A DNA stretch of 51,594 bases, filler included, from Sphacelaria rigidula (taxonomy: Eukaryota), in the NCBI GenBank assembly GCA_964200075.2. It is 4 parts of 4 records of this genome, joined end to end, with 100 filler letters (N's around TTAATTAATTAA, not from the genome) between each part and the next. Parts side by side here need not be neighbours in the genome. Positions count along the whole stretch, not along the records: positions 25,850 to 38,672 come from CAXNAA020003390.1; positions 38,773 to 51,594 come from CAXNAA020003391.1; 2 more parts are not named here. The stretch is one strand, 5' to 3'. Below the pieces are notes generated by a model. It saw nothing but the letters and a program-made list of their open reading frames with translations, was not told the origin of the DNA and did no database searches. This document shows, in pieces, positions 36,434 to 48,940 of the stretch. Both the position numbers and the translations under genes were made by a program. Numbering within the stretch: position 1 is the stretch's first letter; the number at the start of each line of letters is the position of its first letter.

Positions 36434-36793
36434 GGGTCGCCCCGGTGGCTCAGTTGGTAACCTCAAAACCTTCTGACGGTTGTGTCGTGAGTTCGAATCT
36501 AGGAGAGATCTGTTTTTTTCCCTCACACAATGCCCGGCAGTGGAGAGCGACGCTGTCGTGGGTACATAAAAATCGACTTAATGGTCGACGAGGGAAAGAG
36601 ACTGCTGAACCCCTCTCGCGATAAAAAATAAAAAGCAAGCACCGCAGAGGGAAGGTAGAGTACAAAAAACAAACAAAAAAAGGAAAAACTCCTGTGTTGA
36701 CCTTCCTCTTGTGTGACCCCGGCTGATGCACCCACATACACCGAAAGGTGTAGACCGGCGTCCAGAATAGATGGGACGACAACACAACACACA
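36434..36793 (+). mobile_element. tRNA-derived SINE, second copy (RlmN intron 5)
   Basis: Full-length similarity to 33196-33537; box A/B present; (CA)/(CAA) tail; possible degraded TSD CTAGTAAC/CTAGTGAT. Confidence 0.85.
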
Positions 36794-38527
36794 CTAGTGA
36801 TAGCGTAGTGTCTGATTTATGTCAGTGAAAGCGTGATTACGTGAAAAGGAAACATAGTCCAGTTGGCTGTCTTGGTAAGACGACAGTCGACCCGGTGTGG
36901 GAGTGCTGGTCATCATCCAATCCGTGAGACTCAATGTAGGGCGTTTACCGGGGGAGAGATGGGTTGGTCCACTGAGACACGGACTCGTCCCGAGGAAGCG
37001 GAGGAGTTAAAAGTGAGGGAAGAAGAAAGGTCTTCATTTTCTTGAGAGACCGACTGCCCAAAGGTATCCAGAGATTCACATGCTAGGCCGACTTTGACCA
37101 TCCGTACATGCTAGTTTCCTGTGCTTGTGGTGTAAACATTTTGTGTTTGTGTGCAGAAATATGCGATGTCTACATACACAGGATGATGATCAATTGATTG
37201 CTTGATTTATTTATCGACTGTCGCCTGTTGTCTAATCCCTGAGGTAGTCATGATCCACCCGCGGTTATTATACACAAGATAGACGTACCCAAGGTGAACA
37301 AAGTGGAAGCACTCGCTAAAGGAAAAGTTAAGGAAGGTAAAAGACAAATAAATGCAAATATTACGGGCGGAGTAAACTAAGGATACACAAGAGACAGATA
37401 TGCCCACTAGTCGTGGTGAGGCTGGTTCACTTGCCGAGGGGTCGAGGGAGGAACATGAGTCGAGTGATTCAGTTGTACCTCCGCCCAACTGTGCGGCAAG
37501 TCGAACATGAGTCTTGTTGCTTGCGGTGTGCGGGCAAAGAGGAAAATGATCATGATGGCTTCATGAACGGCGGCTTCGCGATAGTATCTCAATAGGTGGC
37601 GCGAAACTGCAAGGTAAAGGGTGAGGGGTCGCCGCGCGCCACGACCTTTCGGCGCGGTGGCGACGTGGGCTTGAGGGGGCGGGACGGAGAGTGTCTACAG
37701 TTCATGTGCCGCTGTGGAGTTCCTGCATGGGCCACGACCCCTGTGACTGCTGTGACTGTTGTGGCTTGGTTAACTCTCTTCCCTCGCGGAACAGTGACTT
37801 GTGATTCCGCTGCTTTTCATGACTCCCGTATCCACCTATATGACACCCCTTGCGCTGTGAGGATAGGATAGAGTCTATCGTGTGTCAAATGCCCAGAATC
37901 GACGTGGGAGGGAAGGGAGGGGCTACTGTACATGTATGTGCCTACGAAGTACTCTGATTTTGCAGTCCTGTTGTATTTTTTTTCATTTGTCAGAAGAGTA
38001 CTCCTTCGGAGCATTCTTGATTTAGCCCCTTGTACTTTGGCTTGGGTTCTTAAGATGCGAATCTCTGAGTGATCACCGTTTTTAATATTTGTCGAGTTTC
38101 TCGTCAAAAAGTGTGAGTTTAATCCCTTGGCCGCCGGACATGACAATGGGCCCCAGCTTAACCACTGTAGCAAAAAGAAGCAAAAAACAAGATATCTGAT
38201 TAATCGCTAAACTTGAGTCTGGGGTCAGGGACCATGAAAGATACGGCATAGTGTCGTCGGGGATGGTAGGGGCGAGCAGAGGGCAGTTGGTCGAGAATGG
38301 CATCCGAGAAATTGTTCCGAAAATATATATTGTTCTGAAACGAGGTACGGCGGTCAAAGCTCTCTGACCGCAGCACATTCAAACCCGTGATTGGCAAACG
38401 GCACCAACAACTATGTGTACACGGCGTCTTGATCCAAACGCGTCCGGAAGTAGCTGTTTTGTACTCGGAGCTCATGTGAACGTGCGTCACATCTTATTTC
38501 CCCCCCCCCCCCCTCCGAATGCGTGGT

Positions 38528-38600
38528 TGCTCCGTCTCGAAAGGGATGCGTGGTCAATGGTCAAACGACTAAGGCAAGCAACAAATAAGTTCGCACCCAC
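38528..38600 (+). mobile_element. Very short 3'-terminal fragment of the same LINE
   Basis: Near-identical to 18188-18250 and embedded between C-runs. Confidence 0.8.
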
Positions 38601-38672
38601 ACCCCCCCCACCCCCCCCCCCCCCCCCCCCTCCCCCCCCATCAGCGCCACACGACCTCCCCCCAACCACCAC

Positions 38673-38772
38673 NNNNNNNNNNNNNNNNNNNNNNNNNNNN
38701 NNNNNNNNNNNNNNNNTTAATTAATTAANNNNNNNNNNNNNNNNNNNNNNNNNNNNNNNNNNNNNNNNNNNN
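38673..38772. other. Artificial contig-joining linker
   Basis: Same N44-TTAATTAATTAA-N44 structure. Confidence 0.97.
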
Positions 38773-39293
38773 TTTTTCTTTTATTACCCCAACATTTCGG
38801 TGATCGAAATCCAAGTTCCTATGGCGTGTAGCAGTTGTCAATAGCTATCAGTAAGTGAAGAAAGGGAACCATATTTCGAAGATTTGGTGTGGATACGAAG
38901 ATTTTAATTCTCCGGGTTTCTCATGCCCAATGAAAGATCCATCCCCGATTTGTAAGATCCCGTGTTTGTAGTCAAGTTAGAGCACTGATTCCCAGGAAGA
39001 TCCACCATGCTATTTGGCCTTGCAAAAGCATTCGCCAGCCCAAAAGGCTCCAACCGCGAATACCACGAGTATGAGTTTAGTTTAGTTTAGTTTAGTTTAG
39101 TTATCGTTTCATTTTTTTTGTTCATTTTATTTTGCTTTCTTGCATCGCGCTGTGTGAATTTTCTGGGTTCGCCTTTATTTACTTTTTTATTTCTTGTAAT
39201 GCCCTATGTCCGGTAGTTTGCCTACTGCCACGGAAGGCGTCCGCATTAGATGCCCGGTACAGAGTACTGTGCAGATATCGAAGCGGCTTCAAA

Positions 39294-39627
39294 CCCTTCG
39301 GGAACTGAAGTGCTGAATTTTGTTTTATGAATCTTTTTGAATCGGCATTATTTTAACTTGAAAATGAATGAAGATGATGCCGATGCACAAAAACAAAAAT
39401 CAGCACTCGCTGGGGGTCTGGATCCCAAAGAGTTAATGTGAGGAAAACAACAAGAAGGACAAGAAAAATAAGAACAAGAACAACCACAACAAACCACAAC
39501 CACAACAATGGCAAAGAAAATGTGAGATTGACCCCGTTACGGCCAGGGCGGATCATCAGTTGAATCGGCACTATATTCACTCGAAATGATTGGAAGGCCG
39601 ATTTGACCCTCCCTGGCGATCAAAGGG
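39294..39627. mobile_element. Two piggyBac-like MITEs (39294-39432, 39532-39627)
   Basis: CCC...GAG-TTAA and CCCC...GATCAAAGGG ends; interiors similar to the 27133-27359 copies. Confidence 0.55.
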
Positions 39628-39634
39628 TTTCACT

Positions 39635-40105
39635 GGCTAGGGGTCATGCTACTTGTTTACAAAGTGTACACCAGCAGCTGAAGACGAACGCTAATATTTC
39701 GCACAAGGACGATGAGGGGTATGAGGAGATGTCTCAGGCGGAGAATGCTGCAGAGAAGGGTGGCTTGAATCCTCCACCGAGCAACGGACTCAGCGCAGCG
39801 CAGGGCGTGACTAGTGGATGCCAGGACACGGTTCTAGCCCGAGGCATGGAGGAGGCCGTTACTTATGTGCCGCGGGTCTGAAAATAACGGCCTCCTGCAT
39901 TCCTTCGACTAGAAGCGTGCCCTGGCATTCACTAGCCACGCTCTACGCCGCGCTGAGTCCGTTGCTCGGTGGAGGATCCAACTTACCCTTCTCTGCAGCA
40001 TTCTTCACCTACGCTCGTCCCCTTCATCATCCTTTCGTAGAAGGTTGGCGTTCGCCTTCAGCTGCAGGTGCGCATTGTGTACTCAAGTAGCAATGGTCCT
40101 AAGCC
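39635..40105. repeat. Imperfect long inverted repeat (~470 nt foldback); candidate pre-miRNA
   Basis: GGAGGCCGTTA (39851-39861) pairs with TAACGGCCTCC (39885-39895) around a 23-nt loop. Perfect 28-bp core 39769-39796/39950-39977; pairing continues out to 39635/40105. Confidence 0.9.
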
Positions 40106-40275
40106 GGCCAAGCTCCTGTGACATCGGCATCTCAACATATATTTACCTCCTAGTTCACGATTGGACGCTATATTCAACGAAGTAGCAGTCTTGTTGTGTT
40201 TCCGAGGGGGGGGCATAGCAGTGTATACTGCGAGCCGGCCTTGCTGGATCAGTTGAGCTCTAGTAGAGCTGAGGA

Positions 40276-40565
40276 TTTGTACGTAAACAATGGTTGGTAC
40301 TCGATTTTACTTGATTTTAGACTGAACAAAGTTCTGAGAAAATTCATGGTCTGAGGCAGGTGAGCAGTGGACCCAGCTCGTCCAGAACGTGTTTTGGTCC
40401 AAAATCGGCTGAAAGGCGTCGATTTGAGCTCTGGCAACGCACACTTTGCCTAAGGAACACTCTGCACCCCCTTGCCCGAGGGTTCTCGGTATGGCTTGGT
40501 CGGGGTCGGGGTTAGGGTTAGGGTTGGCGGCATCTCCATAGTACCAACCATTGTTTACGTACAAA
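40276..40565. mobile_element. MITE with perfect 26-bp TIRs; interior related to 26807-27119
   Basis: TTTGTACGTAAACAATGGTTGGTACT / AGTACCAACCATTGTTTACGTACAAA; interior carries GGGTTAGGGTTAGGG. Confidence 0.8.
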
Positions 40566-41120
40566 CTCTCGGGTCGCCTCATAAAAATACCGTTGGTATT
40601 TGAATGAGTCTACTCTGCACTTTCTCTGAACATTCTGCGACCTTATGTTTCGACACACGTTCGACCGCTCCCCTCCCCGGAACGAGTCCGTGGTCTGAAG
40701 GGATCAACCCATCTCTCCCCCGATATACGCCGAACATTTTGATCTCGCGGATTGGATTAGCACCACTGCATCGTTTCGACTCTCGTCTCATTGAATGTTT
40801 CTTGCTACTCACGTCCTCGCGTTTTCAACGACGGAAGCCAGAAATTTCTCAGAAAAATCCAAAGGTATCTTCCGGGATTTGCACCGGGAATCTTCCGACA
40901 TGATTGGTGATAGTTGTACCAATTAGACCACAAGGCTGCGATGGAACCGTTAATCATTTGAAATAAATCTTCATTCGTTTTTCTCCAAGAGATACCAGTC
41001 AGCGATGCGTACAATTTTTTACATTTACATGTTATTTGTGCACAACAAGGAGGAGGTGACTGGTCCGTGTGTACTCACAAGGTATATACCTACATGTGTG
41101 TACGTGTGTGCGATTTCAAG

Positions 41121-41216
41121 GTCACCGGCGAGAGCTCGTCATCAAGCAAGCGCGACCAGTTTCCCGTGACATTCTTCACGCCGATATCGCTGAGATACAA
41201 GAGGGTCTCTCCGACG
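41121..41216 (+). CDS. Possible upstream exon of the UBL/C2-domain gene
   Basis: AAG|...G|GTGAGC bounded 96-nt segment, open in two frames; frame ambiguous. Confidence 0.35.
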
Positions 41217-42791
41217 GTGAGCAAGCATACAACGCAGCCGAGCAATCGTAATGGGTGTAGAAAACCCCAAAGATTCGTATGCAGTGCTCGTATGGTGATG
41301 TCTCTCCGTAGCATCCCTCGGAGCATTCATCAGTGGTGTTTGGTGTATTCTTCATCGAGCCGTTCCTTCATGGTCAGAGTGAGACACCAACGGCCAGTTT
41401 CAGCGGCCTTAACAAGTTCAAATGTGGCAGATACCATCATGATGATATTTCGTGGAGAATCTACTTTCTTCGTTGAAGGCGTGAGAGTTTAAGCAGCGAA
41501 AAAAAAACCCGATGGGCTGCGGGAGGGTTGATCCAACGCGCGAAACGAATGTAGTACAAGGCAGATACCGGAGGAGAGATGGATTAATTCCTCCAGACCA
41601 CGGACGAACTTGTTCTGAGGAGGGGGGGTGGGGGGTGTACTCATGATCTTGCGTGCCGTACTCATAAGACCGTTGACCTCGCATCTCTACAAAGCCGGCA
41701 CGGAGCACGCCGGGTTTTTGCTGGACCGGGCTCGCGATTACCAAGCGCGAAACGCCGTGATGTGTTTCGCACGTCGCATGAGGGTGGGCTGCATCCTGCT
41801 AAGATTGTTCGGCACGACGCGTACTGATGGGGGGGCGCACAAACTTCAAAATATGACATATATATATATATATATTAGTGTGTTGTCCTACACCTGGAAT
41901 ATCCAATCATGAACACGGTTGTTACACTTGGTGCTAATTCAAGAAAAGAAGTGCCCCTGGGTCTTCGGAACATGTACACCTATTGTAGGGACCCTTAGCT
42001 GGTATTCAACCGCGTAGGCGCTGTTGGATCCGGTGGTCGGCCCGATATTGTGTGCGGCTTTGTCGTCTGCAGCCTTACGGTTCTTACGTAACCTCTAGCG
42101 AACATGGCCGGCTCGCACCGCCATTGTTGGTGCATTTTATCTCTGTTTTTCCTTGAAGGAAGGAGGAAACCTCACCCAATACTTACACCGCGAGCTGTTT
42201 CGTGTGCCGATTACGCAGAGGCTCTGCCAGACCGCCGCACGGCAGTCATGTGAGGCACGCGTCTCGAGCGTTCGGAAAGCTTTGCTCAAGGCGGTGTCAG
42301 GGTCGAACCCACTAAAAAAAACCTGTCAACTTGGCGCAGTGCACGCGCCGCCCTACTCTCATGAACTTCGGCCCTAGTTATTCTTACGGTACGGTATTGG
42401 TATTGTCGGTATGGTGTATTCCGGGGGCTATGCTGACATTTACAGCACCCTGCACTGACCGCTGTACAGAGGAATGCCGGCAAGCACGTCAAGTCGCCGT
42501 GAAGAAGAACCTGTGCCCTACATTTTCAACAACTTCTTTCGATACTACGGGCTCATCATTAAGTTACTGGATATTCTGTGCCGTCACTTACGGTAGATAT
42601 AACCTGGCGTTCCCTTGATTCCCTCATGCCTCGTCGTACTGGTGAGTGTCCTCTCTACGAAGATCCTGCAAACATGTGCACCGTTGTGACCGGCGAATCG
42701 TGTGATCTCCTATCGGACCCTATCGGACGGTGTTATTGCTGAACGGCGCATCTGGCATCTTGTTTTCCCCTTGCTGTCTTGTTCAAAGCAG

Positions 42792-42904
42792 AGGAACGCG
42801 AGTTCGAGGCGACCGCAGCCGCACGCGAGGAAGAACGAAGGCGAAAGCTGGAGGAGACGGAGGCATCTGCTGTGGCACAGGCCGTGGCCGGAGGTATCGA
42901 CAAG
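42792..42904 (+). CDS. UBL/C2-domain protein, coiled-coil exon
   Basis: CAG|EEREFEATAAAREEERRRKLEETEASAVAQAVAGGIDK|GTGGAG; phase 0 joins the next exon. The donor is weak. Confidence 0.6.
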
Positions 42905-44520
42905 GTGGAGAACAAAAACGTACTTATTATGCTGTTGCTGCCGATGTAACCGAAATGCCTATGTCAACATGTGGTCAACGATCAGTCAATGTCTCGGTAG
43001 GTTGGATAGCAGTAGTAGCTCCACCCGTGCAGAATTAGTCGACTCGACGATAGAATGAAAATAAATAAAACTGAAATATACGTGAAGGAGAGGCCCCGTA
43101 GAATATTGTGCCCTTACCGCGACGCGACTTCTTGGCCGTGCGGAGCCTACTCTACCCGAAATACCGCACGCCCCCGTGCGCTGTACAGGTATACAGCAGG
43201 CGTCATGTTTCCCGCACAGAGCTGTACTTGACGTTATGTTGGTGTTAAGGGCGAAATGTAACACTAACGTCGTCGAAAGTTCTCAACTGTTGGGGAATTA
43301 TTTGAGTATGTTCCGGTGGAAAGGAAACGCCGTACAGTAGCGAGGGAGAGAGAGAGAAAATAGATAATTCACCCGCAATCCTTGGATTTCAACAAAAAGA
43401 ACTCGTTAGCTCACAAGGTTAGTTCACCGCAAAGGTTCTCAACCATTAGCTGACGTCATCCACCGTTTTCTCCCGGACGTCAGTCTTTGATTTTTCGGGC
43501 GGGGTGAGCGAACGTTTGGGCGTGGATAACGTCATTTTTCAGGTATACTTCTATTCTTTGCTTCGTACACAGGAGCACCTTCTCACTCCGTCGCCTGTTT
43601 GTCTTGCGGATGATGACAAAAACATCCACGAGGTTTTCTCCCTGGATAGTTGTTTGTGGAGATATTATTTCGGAAGTTAATTCATCCGCGATGAAAATAA
43701 CATTCACGTTCTCCGCTCGAAATGCTGTGGGTAACGTCGGCCGATGACTGCGGGATTTTCACCCGCTCCTGTATGTTCGCCCACTTTGATCGCTAGTGAG
43801 GAGACTGCGCGACATGACTCGATTCTTCTCTCGATCGTTATCTCTCTCCCTCTCTAGCCGGGTGGTGCGTTCGTCGTACTTGAACAGATAACCGAGAAAA
43901 TAATCAATAGGCACTGCTAGGCGGGGTGTGTGGCGTCACTCCTACATTTTACAGTAAGCGGTGTACTGACTACTTACTGCATGGATGTTTCGCTATGTTT
44001 CTCTTGCTGTTGTTGCGGCACGCTCACGTTCTTGCACTTTCGTAAAAAAAAAAGTACGTTTTTTTCCTTGGTGGTTGGTCGAAGTGAGTGACTTCACAAA
44101 GTTGGTCGGAAACTAATCCGAAGATACACCATCGCATCATGCAGCAACATTTTATACAGCAAACATTTGACTCACTGAAGATAACGTGAACCTGCCACCC
44201 CGAAGTAACTGAACAAGCCATGACGACCTCCTTTTTTGTTTTTGCGACGTCGCCCGCGAGAACATGATTCTCGCCAGGGCACAGTGCAGCCGTACGACTT
44301 CAAAAACACTGGCTTTCATGTGTGTGCCCGACAACGCGATAGGTTTATTTGAGCTACTACTTATCGCAGTGCTTCTGCACATGTATCCACCGTGGCAAGG
44401 TATGTTCCGCAGCTGTGTGACGATGCATGCGCTGATTCGCCCGTGCGCGCCACTGTATGCTTCCTTGCCTTTTGTACCCTTTTGTGAAAATATATCAAAC
44501 GACAATACGACCACCACAAG

Positions 44521-44674
44521 CTCGGCGGAAACAAAGCGGAGAACTGGCACGACATGGCAAAGGTGCAGGAGGCTGCCAAAGCGACGTTCGCCGCAGAACT
44601 CAAACAGCTCGGCCTCGCCAAGCTGGACCAAGACAACAAACCGGCCCGGACAAGCGCCGCGGACCCTGTTCCCG
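44521..44674 (+). CDS. UBL/C2-domain protein, exon
   Basis: AAG|LGGNKAENWHDMAKVQEAAKATFAAELKQLGLAKLDQDNKPARTSAADPVP G|GTGGGT; phase 1 matches the next exon. Confidence 0.7.
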
Positions 44675-44857
44675 GTGGGTGACAAATCCTTGCCACCGAC
44701 GGCGCCCAGCCCACAAAAGTCCGATATTTAGGTGATCCACAGCGCCACTATATGGTGTACGCGCCGAGCACTGCTGATGTTTGGCGTACGGCTGCGCCAA
44801 CACGTTATGGAGGCTTGGTCAATTATCCCACTTAGTCGTGCGTGACCAGTTGGTTCT

Positions 44858-45121
44858 GAGTGATCCCGCGATAGCTCCCCCCCCACCCCCCCAAATCTGC
44901 CCCCAAACCGCCACGAGATGGCAATACAGCGCATGATAAGCTGGTTTCAGACTGGGTGAAGCGCCTCATATAGGCGACACCAGCAAAAACGACCCCAAAC
45001 GTGCGAGTCTCCAGCTCCTTGGCGTTCTCAGCCTTCATCTTTTTGATTCGCATAAAGATTTTGCCTCTTCAAACCAGTCACTTTTTTGGGGGGGGAGGGC
45101 AGGGCTATCGCGGGATCACTC
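44858..45121. mobile_element. ~260-bp MITE (GCGATAGCCCCC-type TIR family)
   Basis: Perfect GAGTGATCCCGCGATAGC / GCTATCGCGGGATCACTC ends; interior matches 50310-50560. Confidence 0.8.
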
Positions 45122-45266
45122 TTCTATGATCAACCAAATGCGGACTTTCACATCTTGGCAACTTGATCCTCCTGTGCCGTTATGCATCACCTCGGGGCGC
45201 TATCTTCTTGGCCGACACCGTGATTCTCGCGGCGTGGGTTTTTTGTTTTCGACATCGCACAAAAAG

Positions 45267-45384
45267 ACGAGATGCCGATACCGGCCGCGCCGTTCGTGGT
45301 GGTGAAGGTCCTGCACCCTTGTCCGACTTCTTTGCTGAGGTCCAAGCTCGCTACGATTCTCGAGATCCCGCGCGATCAAGTCAG
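45267..45384 (+). CDS. UBL/C2-domain protein, exon (first half of ubiquitin-like domain)
   Basis: (D)EMPIPAAPFVVVKVLHPCPTSLLRSKLATILEIPRDQV AG|GTAATG; phase 2 matches the next exon. Confidence 0.75.
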
Positions 45385-46024
45385 GTAATGGTAACCATCT
45401 GCTGCTACCTTTCATTCTGACATTGTTGAAACCCGGGCGTTGATGTCGAACAAGCAGCCAGGAAAAAAAAAGGTATGCCCGTGTGCGTTATCTAAGCCAA
45501 CCTTCCGCGTATAGGTTCAAGACTGTCCGTGTATTGGGTGTGGCAAGATACAAGGCGAGGATGGGGGTGGACGGAGGGGGAGAAGTGTTTCCGTATTGTC
45601 GGTGCGGCTAGCCTCCGACAGTAAAAACTCTTTGCCTCGCCGCTGCCCCCCGGAGAGACTTGAGCTCGAACAGCATTCGCTCATAAGCAGTAAATATGTA
45701 TATATATATATATATTTGTGATTATGTCTTACCTCCCGTGTACGTCCCCCATTTAACAGTACAGGATAAGGGCTGATGAAGCATGAGAGTAGTGAAGCGA
45801 AGTAGGATCATGATCCAAATCACAGTCTCGTGGGGGAGGGGTTGGTGAAGTCACGATAGGGTTTGTGCAAGAAAAAGACGTGTGTGCAGAAAATGTCAAT
45901 GCATTGGGCACTGCAACGTTTTTTAACTACATATGCTATACCCCCCTCCCCCCGCATGAGGACGCCCCTCCCTATCCCGCCCCCGCCCCGCCGTACGCCA
46001 TTCTTGGCGGAGGCACTTATCTAG

Positions 46025-46268
46025 AATCGTGCATCGCGGTCGAGCTCTTAAAGATTCGGATGCTGTGCCGGATGATACCGTGGACCTGGGAGAAGAAACG
46101 CAACTGGACGAGCTGGGGACAGGCGAAGGATTGGACGTGAGCCTCCTGTGGGTTGTGGACGCGAGAAATCTAGAACCGCCTTCGCCACGATCCTCTCCGC
46201 GGTCTGCCTCCACCAGCAAGAAACGAAAGAAACGGCAGAGCACGGGCGTAACCGACTACCAGCAGCAG
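46025..46268 (+). CDS. UBL/C2-domain protein, exon (second half of UBL domain, basic NLS-like KKRKKR)
   Basis: TAG|(R)IVHRGRALKDSD...KKRKKRQSTGVTDYQQQ|GTACGA. The spliced text LRSKLATILEIPRDQVRIVHRGRALKD resembles a ubiquitin fold. Confidence 0.8.
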
Positions 46269-47289
46269 GTACGAGGGATTTTGTGAAAATTAACGCCTTT
46301 CATTCGGCGTATGTCTGGAACTACGATGAGAGCAAATTTGCCCCGCAGGTATGACGATTTCGGTTGTAGGGAGAAGTTTGGCCCGCCCAGTTTCGTTCGT
46401 TTCGTCGTACTTTTGGCCTCTCCCTTCCTCCGCGACGAGTGCGTAGCTTATAATGATCAATCCAACTCCCCTCTGGCACCTGGTTTACATGTCGTTATCC
46501 AGGATTAGATGATGACCATCATCACTCCCGCTACCCGTAGATTTTTCGTCAATTTTGTTTTTTGCTGCTCGCGTTCTCAAAATTCGGCCACGGAAGGCAG
46601 ATCTTTCTGAAAAAGAAAAACACTGTATGTGTCGGGATGCGAACTCGCAGCCTTAACTGGCTGTTGGTGTACTGGTTGGACCATCGGGCCGCGGCGAAAT
46701 GTAATGCGATTTACTTGCTTCTTGAATATCTTGTAGCGTATGTATATTCGCACTATACAATGTTGTGTCGTGCGCAGCATGGTGATTGTTGTGTCACTGC
46801 ATGGCAAAGTAGCGCAAATCATCGTACATTATGACTCTTGTCGGCGGGGGCTGTCGCCTCCAGGAATCTGTGTGTCATCGTGCGTCATACCCGGGCAGCA
46901 GATGGACAAGATTCAGCTATCGTGTTGTTTTACAGGATAATTTTTGTCATTGCCGTCGCCGCCGCCGCCGTCGTCGTTGTCGTTTTTGTTGTCGTTATTG
47001 TTGTTGTTGTTTTTGTCATCATTATCGTTGTAATCGCCGTTGTCATCGTCACTATCCAGTTTTGTCGTTGGTGTCGGTCACCCAGGAGCCCAAATTTTGT
47101 TCATCTCTCGAGCGTTCAGGTTACCCGCCCGAGGTAGTTGTCTCTGCGCCTATACCATGTACTGCACCTTACCAGGTACATCACAAGCATGCTTACTCCC
47201 TACATCCTTTGAAGATCCTTGATCCCTGGTCTACGTGCGCCATTGCTGCACCCCCCGCCTCCTCCGGGATATATGCGACGCGTCTCCAG

Positions 47290-47563
47290 GCTGCAGAACA
47301 ACAACAGCAAGAACAACAGAAACAAGGAATGCGTCAAGAGAAAACTTCGGACCGCAGTGATGAAGTATCCAAAGACGATCATGGAGACGGAGCGAATGCC
47401 GGCGGCGATGCAGGGAAGGAGGCAGTCGAGAGGGTAGGAGGACCAGCGGCGAAGGCGGCGGTAGAACAAACAAGAAACGTGCAGCAATCGAGGAAAGAGG
47501 CTGTCGTTGGCGAGGCACTGGAACAGAGCACTGGCGGAGATCATGTCGAAGATATCGCGGAGG
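47290..47563 (+). CDS. UBL/C2-domain protein, low-complexity linker exon
   Basis: CTCCAG|AAEQQQQEQQ...GDHVEDIAE G|GTGAGT; phases 0 and 1 fit both neighbours. Confidence 0.8.
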
Positions 47564-48044
47564 GTGAGTGGGTTGTCGATACTACGGGGAGGATCGTGTT
47601 GAGGTGACGGGACTGGCTCAGTAGAGCTGAGATAATGGGAGTGGAGGAAGCGCGATTCGGAGCGTCCTCGAGTAAGTGACGCATTAATAAAGAGCTAAAA
47701 AAAGCAATATATACATATATATATATATGAGGCTTATATCAAAATCCGCGTGATGGAGTGCATAGTAATACGGGAAGACGTCGACAAACGTTGCGTGGTT
47801 GGTGCGGCATGCATAGCCATAAGGTGAAGTTTTTGAAATTGTCACCATCTTGGCCGGTCCCAGTATAAAATTTAAAATATTCGCGCTTTCACGTATGTGT
47901 TACTGTCATGTTCTTGGTTGGGTCTCTGGCGTGTGCGTGTGCGCGTTTTGTAGGGGCCTCACTGTTCATGAGAGTAGGAAGTGTTCTAGTGCAATTGGCA
48001 CACGTATGAGATTCTATTATTATTTTGTAGTTTATCCGTGTATG

Positions 48045-48291
48045 ACTGCTACCGAGATAGCCCCCCCCCTGAACCGGCCAAAAACGTGCACGGAGTCGAT
48101 GTCCAAAATGCCGTTAGAGCTGGTTTCGTGCTGCACGACGCGACTCATTTGGGCGTTGTAGCTGATTTCGGACTGATACACGCCTCTCATGTGGGCGAAA
48201 TTGCTGGACACGCGCCCAAAAGTGGGATTGCAGCCGGTTTGTCGGACAATATCCGGTGAAGCTTTTGTGGGGGGGCTATTTCGGCATCAGT
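48045..48291. mobile_element. MITE, same family
   Basis: ACTGCTACCGAGATAGCCCCCCC / GGGGGGGCTATTTCGGCATCAGT; left end also seen at 25667-25749 (cut by contig end). Confidence 0.75.
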
Positions 48292-48825
48292 TGTATATGC
48301 TGTTGGCATCTGAAATGTAGTCAAGGGTTCGCCGTTGGCTTGCAAGAATGGTAGATACTCCGTTTTCCCCCCGGAACGTTGGCCAGGCAGTGCGGAGACT
48401 GTGGTGCACGAAGTATGTCTCAAGTACGGCGACAGGTGTTAGTCATGGACGTGATGATGATGATACTCGTAATGCCCTGAGGTCTGAAAGGCGTATTTGG
48501 CGTAAAGGACGGCGATAAACTCCTTCGTACTATGGTGTGAGGAGATGTCAACGATGGTTGAATTGAAACAAAAATGCAAAATGAAGCGACAGAACCGGCA
48601 GCGCCCCCCTTTTGTAGCCCTTTCATTCGTCCGAGGATGTGTGTACCGTAAAGAACAGGAGGCATGAAGTTTCTCTGCGCCAGAGAACGTTTGAATGTGT
48701 TCGGCATCTTTGGCTCTACATATTTCGCCCGGTTCGAACATCACCGCAAAATTAACACCAGTGCTGTCAACTACACTTTCAATAAACGACAGAATTGTAC
48801 GTTCCCTCCGTTGTTGATGTCTCCG

Positions 48826-48856
<31 letters not shown>

Positions 48857-48940
48857 AGTAAGCGGGCGGAAGCACTGCTAAAAGGAGAATATGAAGGGTC
48901 GTCGTCGTCGTCGTCGTCGTCGTTGTTGTTGTTGTTGTCG
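48826..48940. repeat. (GTT)n/(GTC)n microsatellites
   Basis: Direct inspection; similar tracts at 46950-47050, 28615-28650 and (AGTTT)n at 39073-39102. Confidence 0.9.

Noticed and set aside
40770-40797. Hammerhead ribozyme core on the minus strand (CAATGA-GAC-GAGA-GTC-GAAAC)
   Set aside because: CUGANGA is not intact and the GAAA is absent from the other copies of this repeat. CTGATGA hits near 4914, 7097 and 39553 (minus) also lack a stem II plus GAAA.
46831-47289. Cys/Arg-rich N-terminal part of the 258-aa ORF
   Set aside because: Translated intronic (GTC/GTT)n microsatellite; only 47290-47563 looks exonic.
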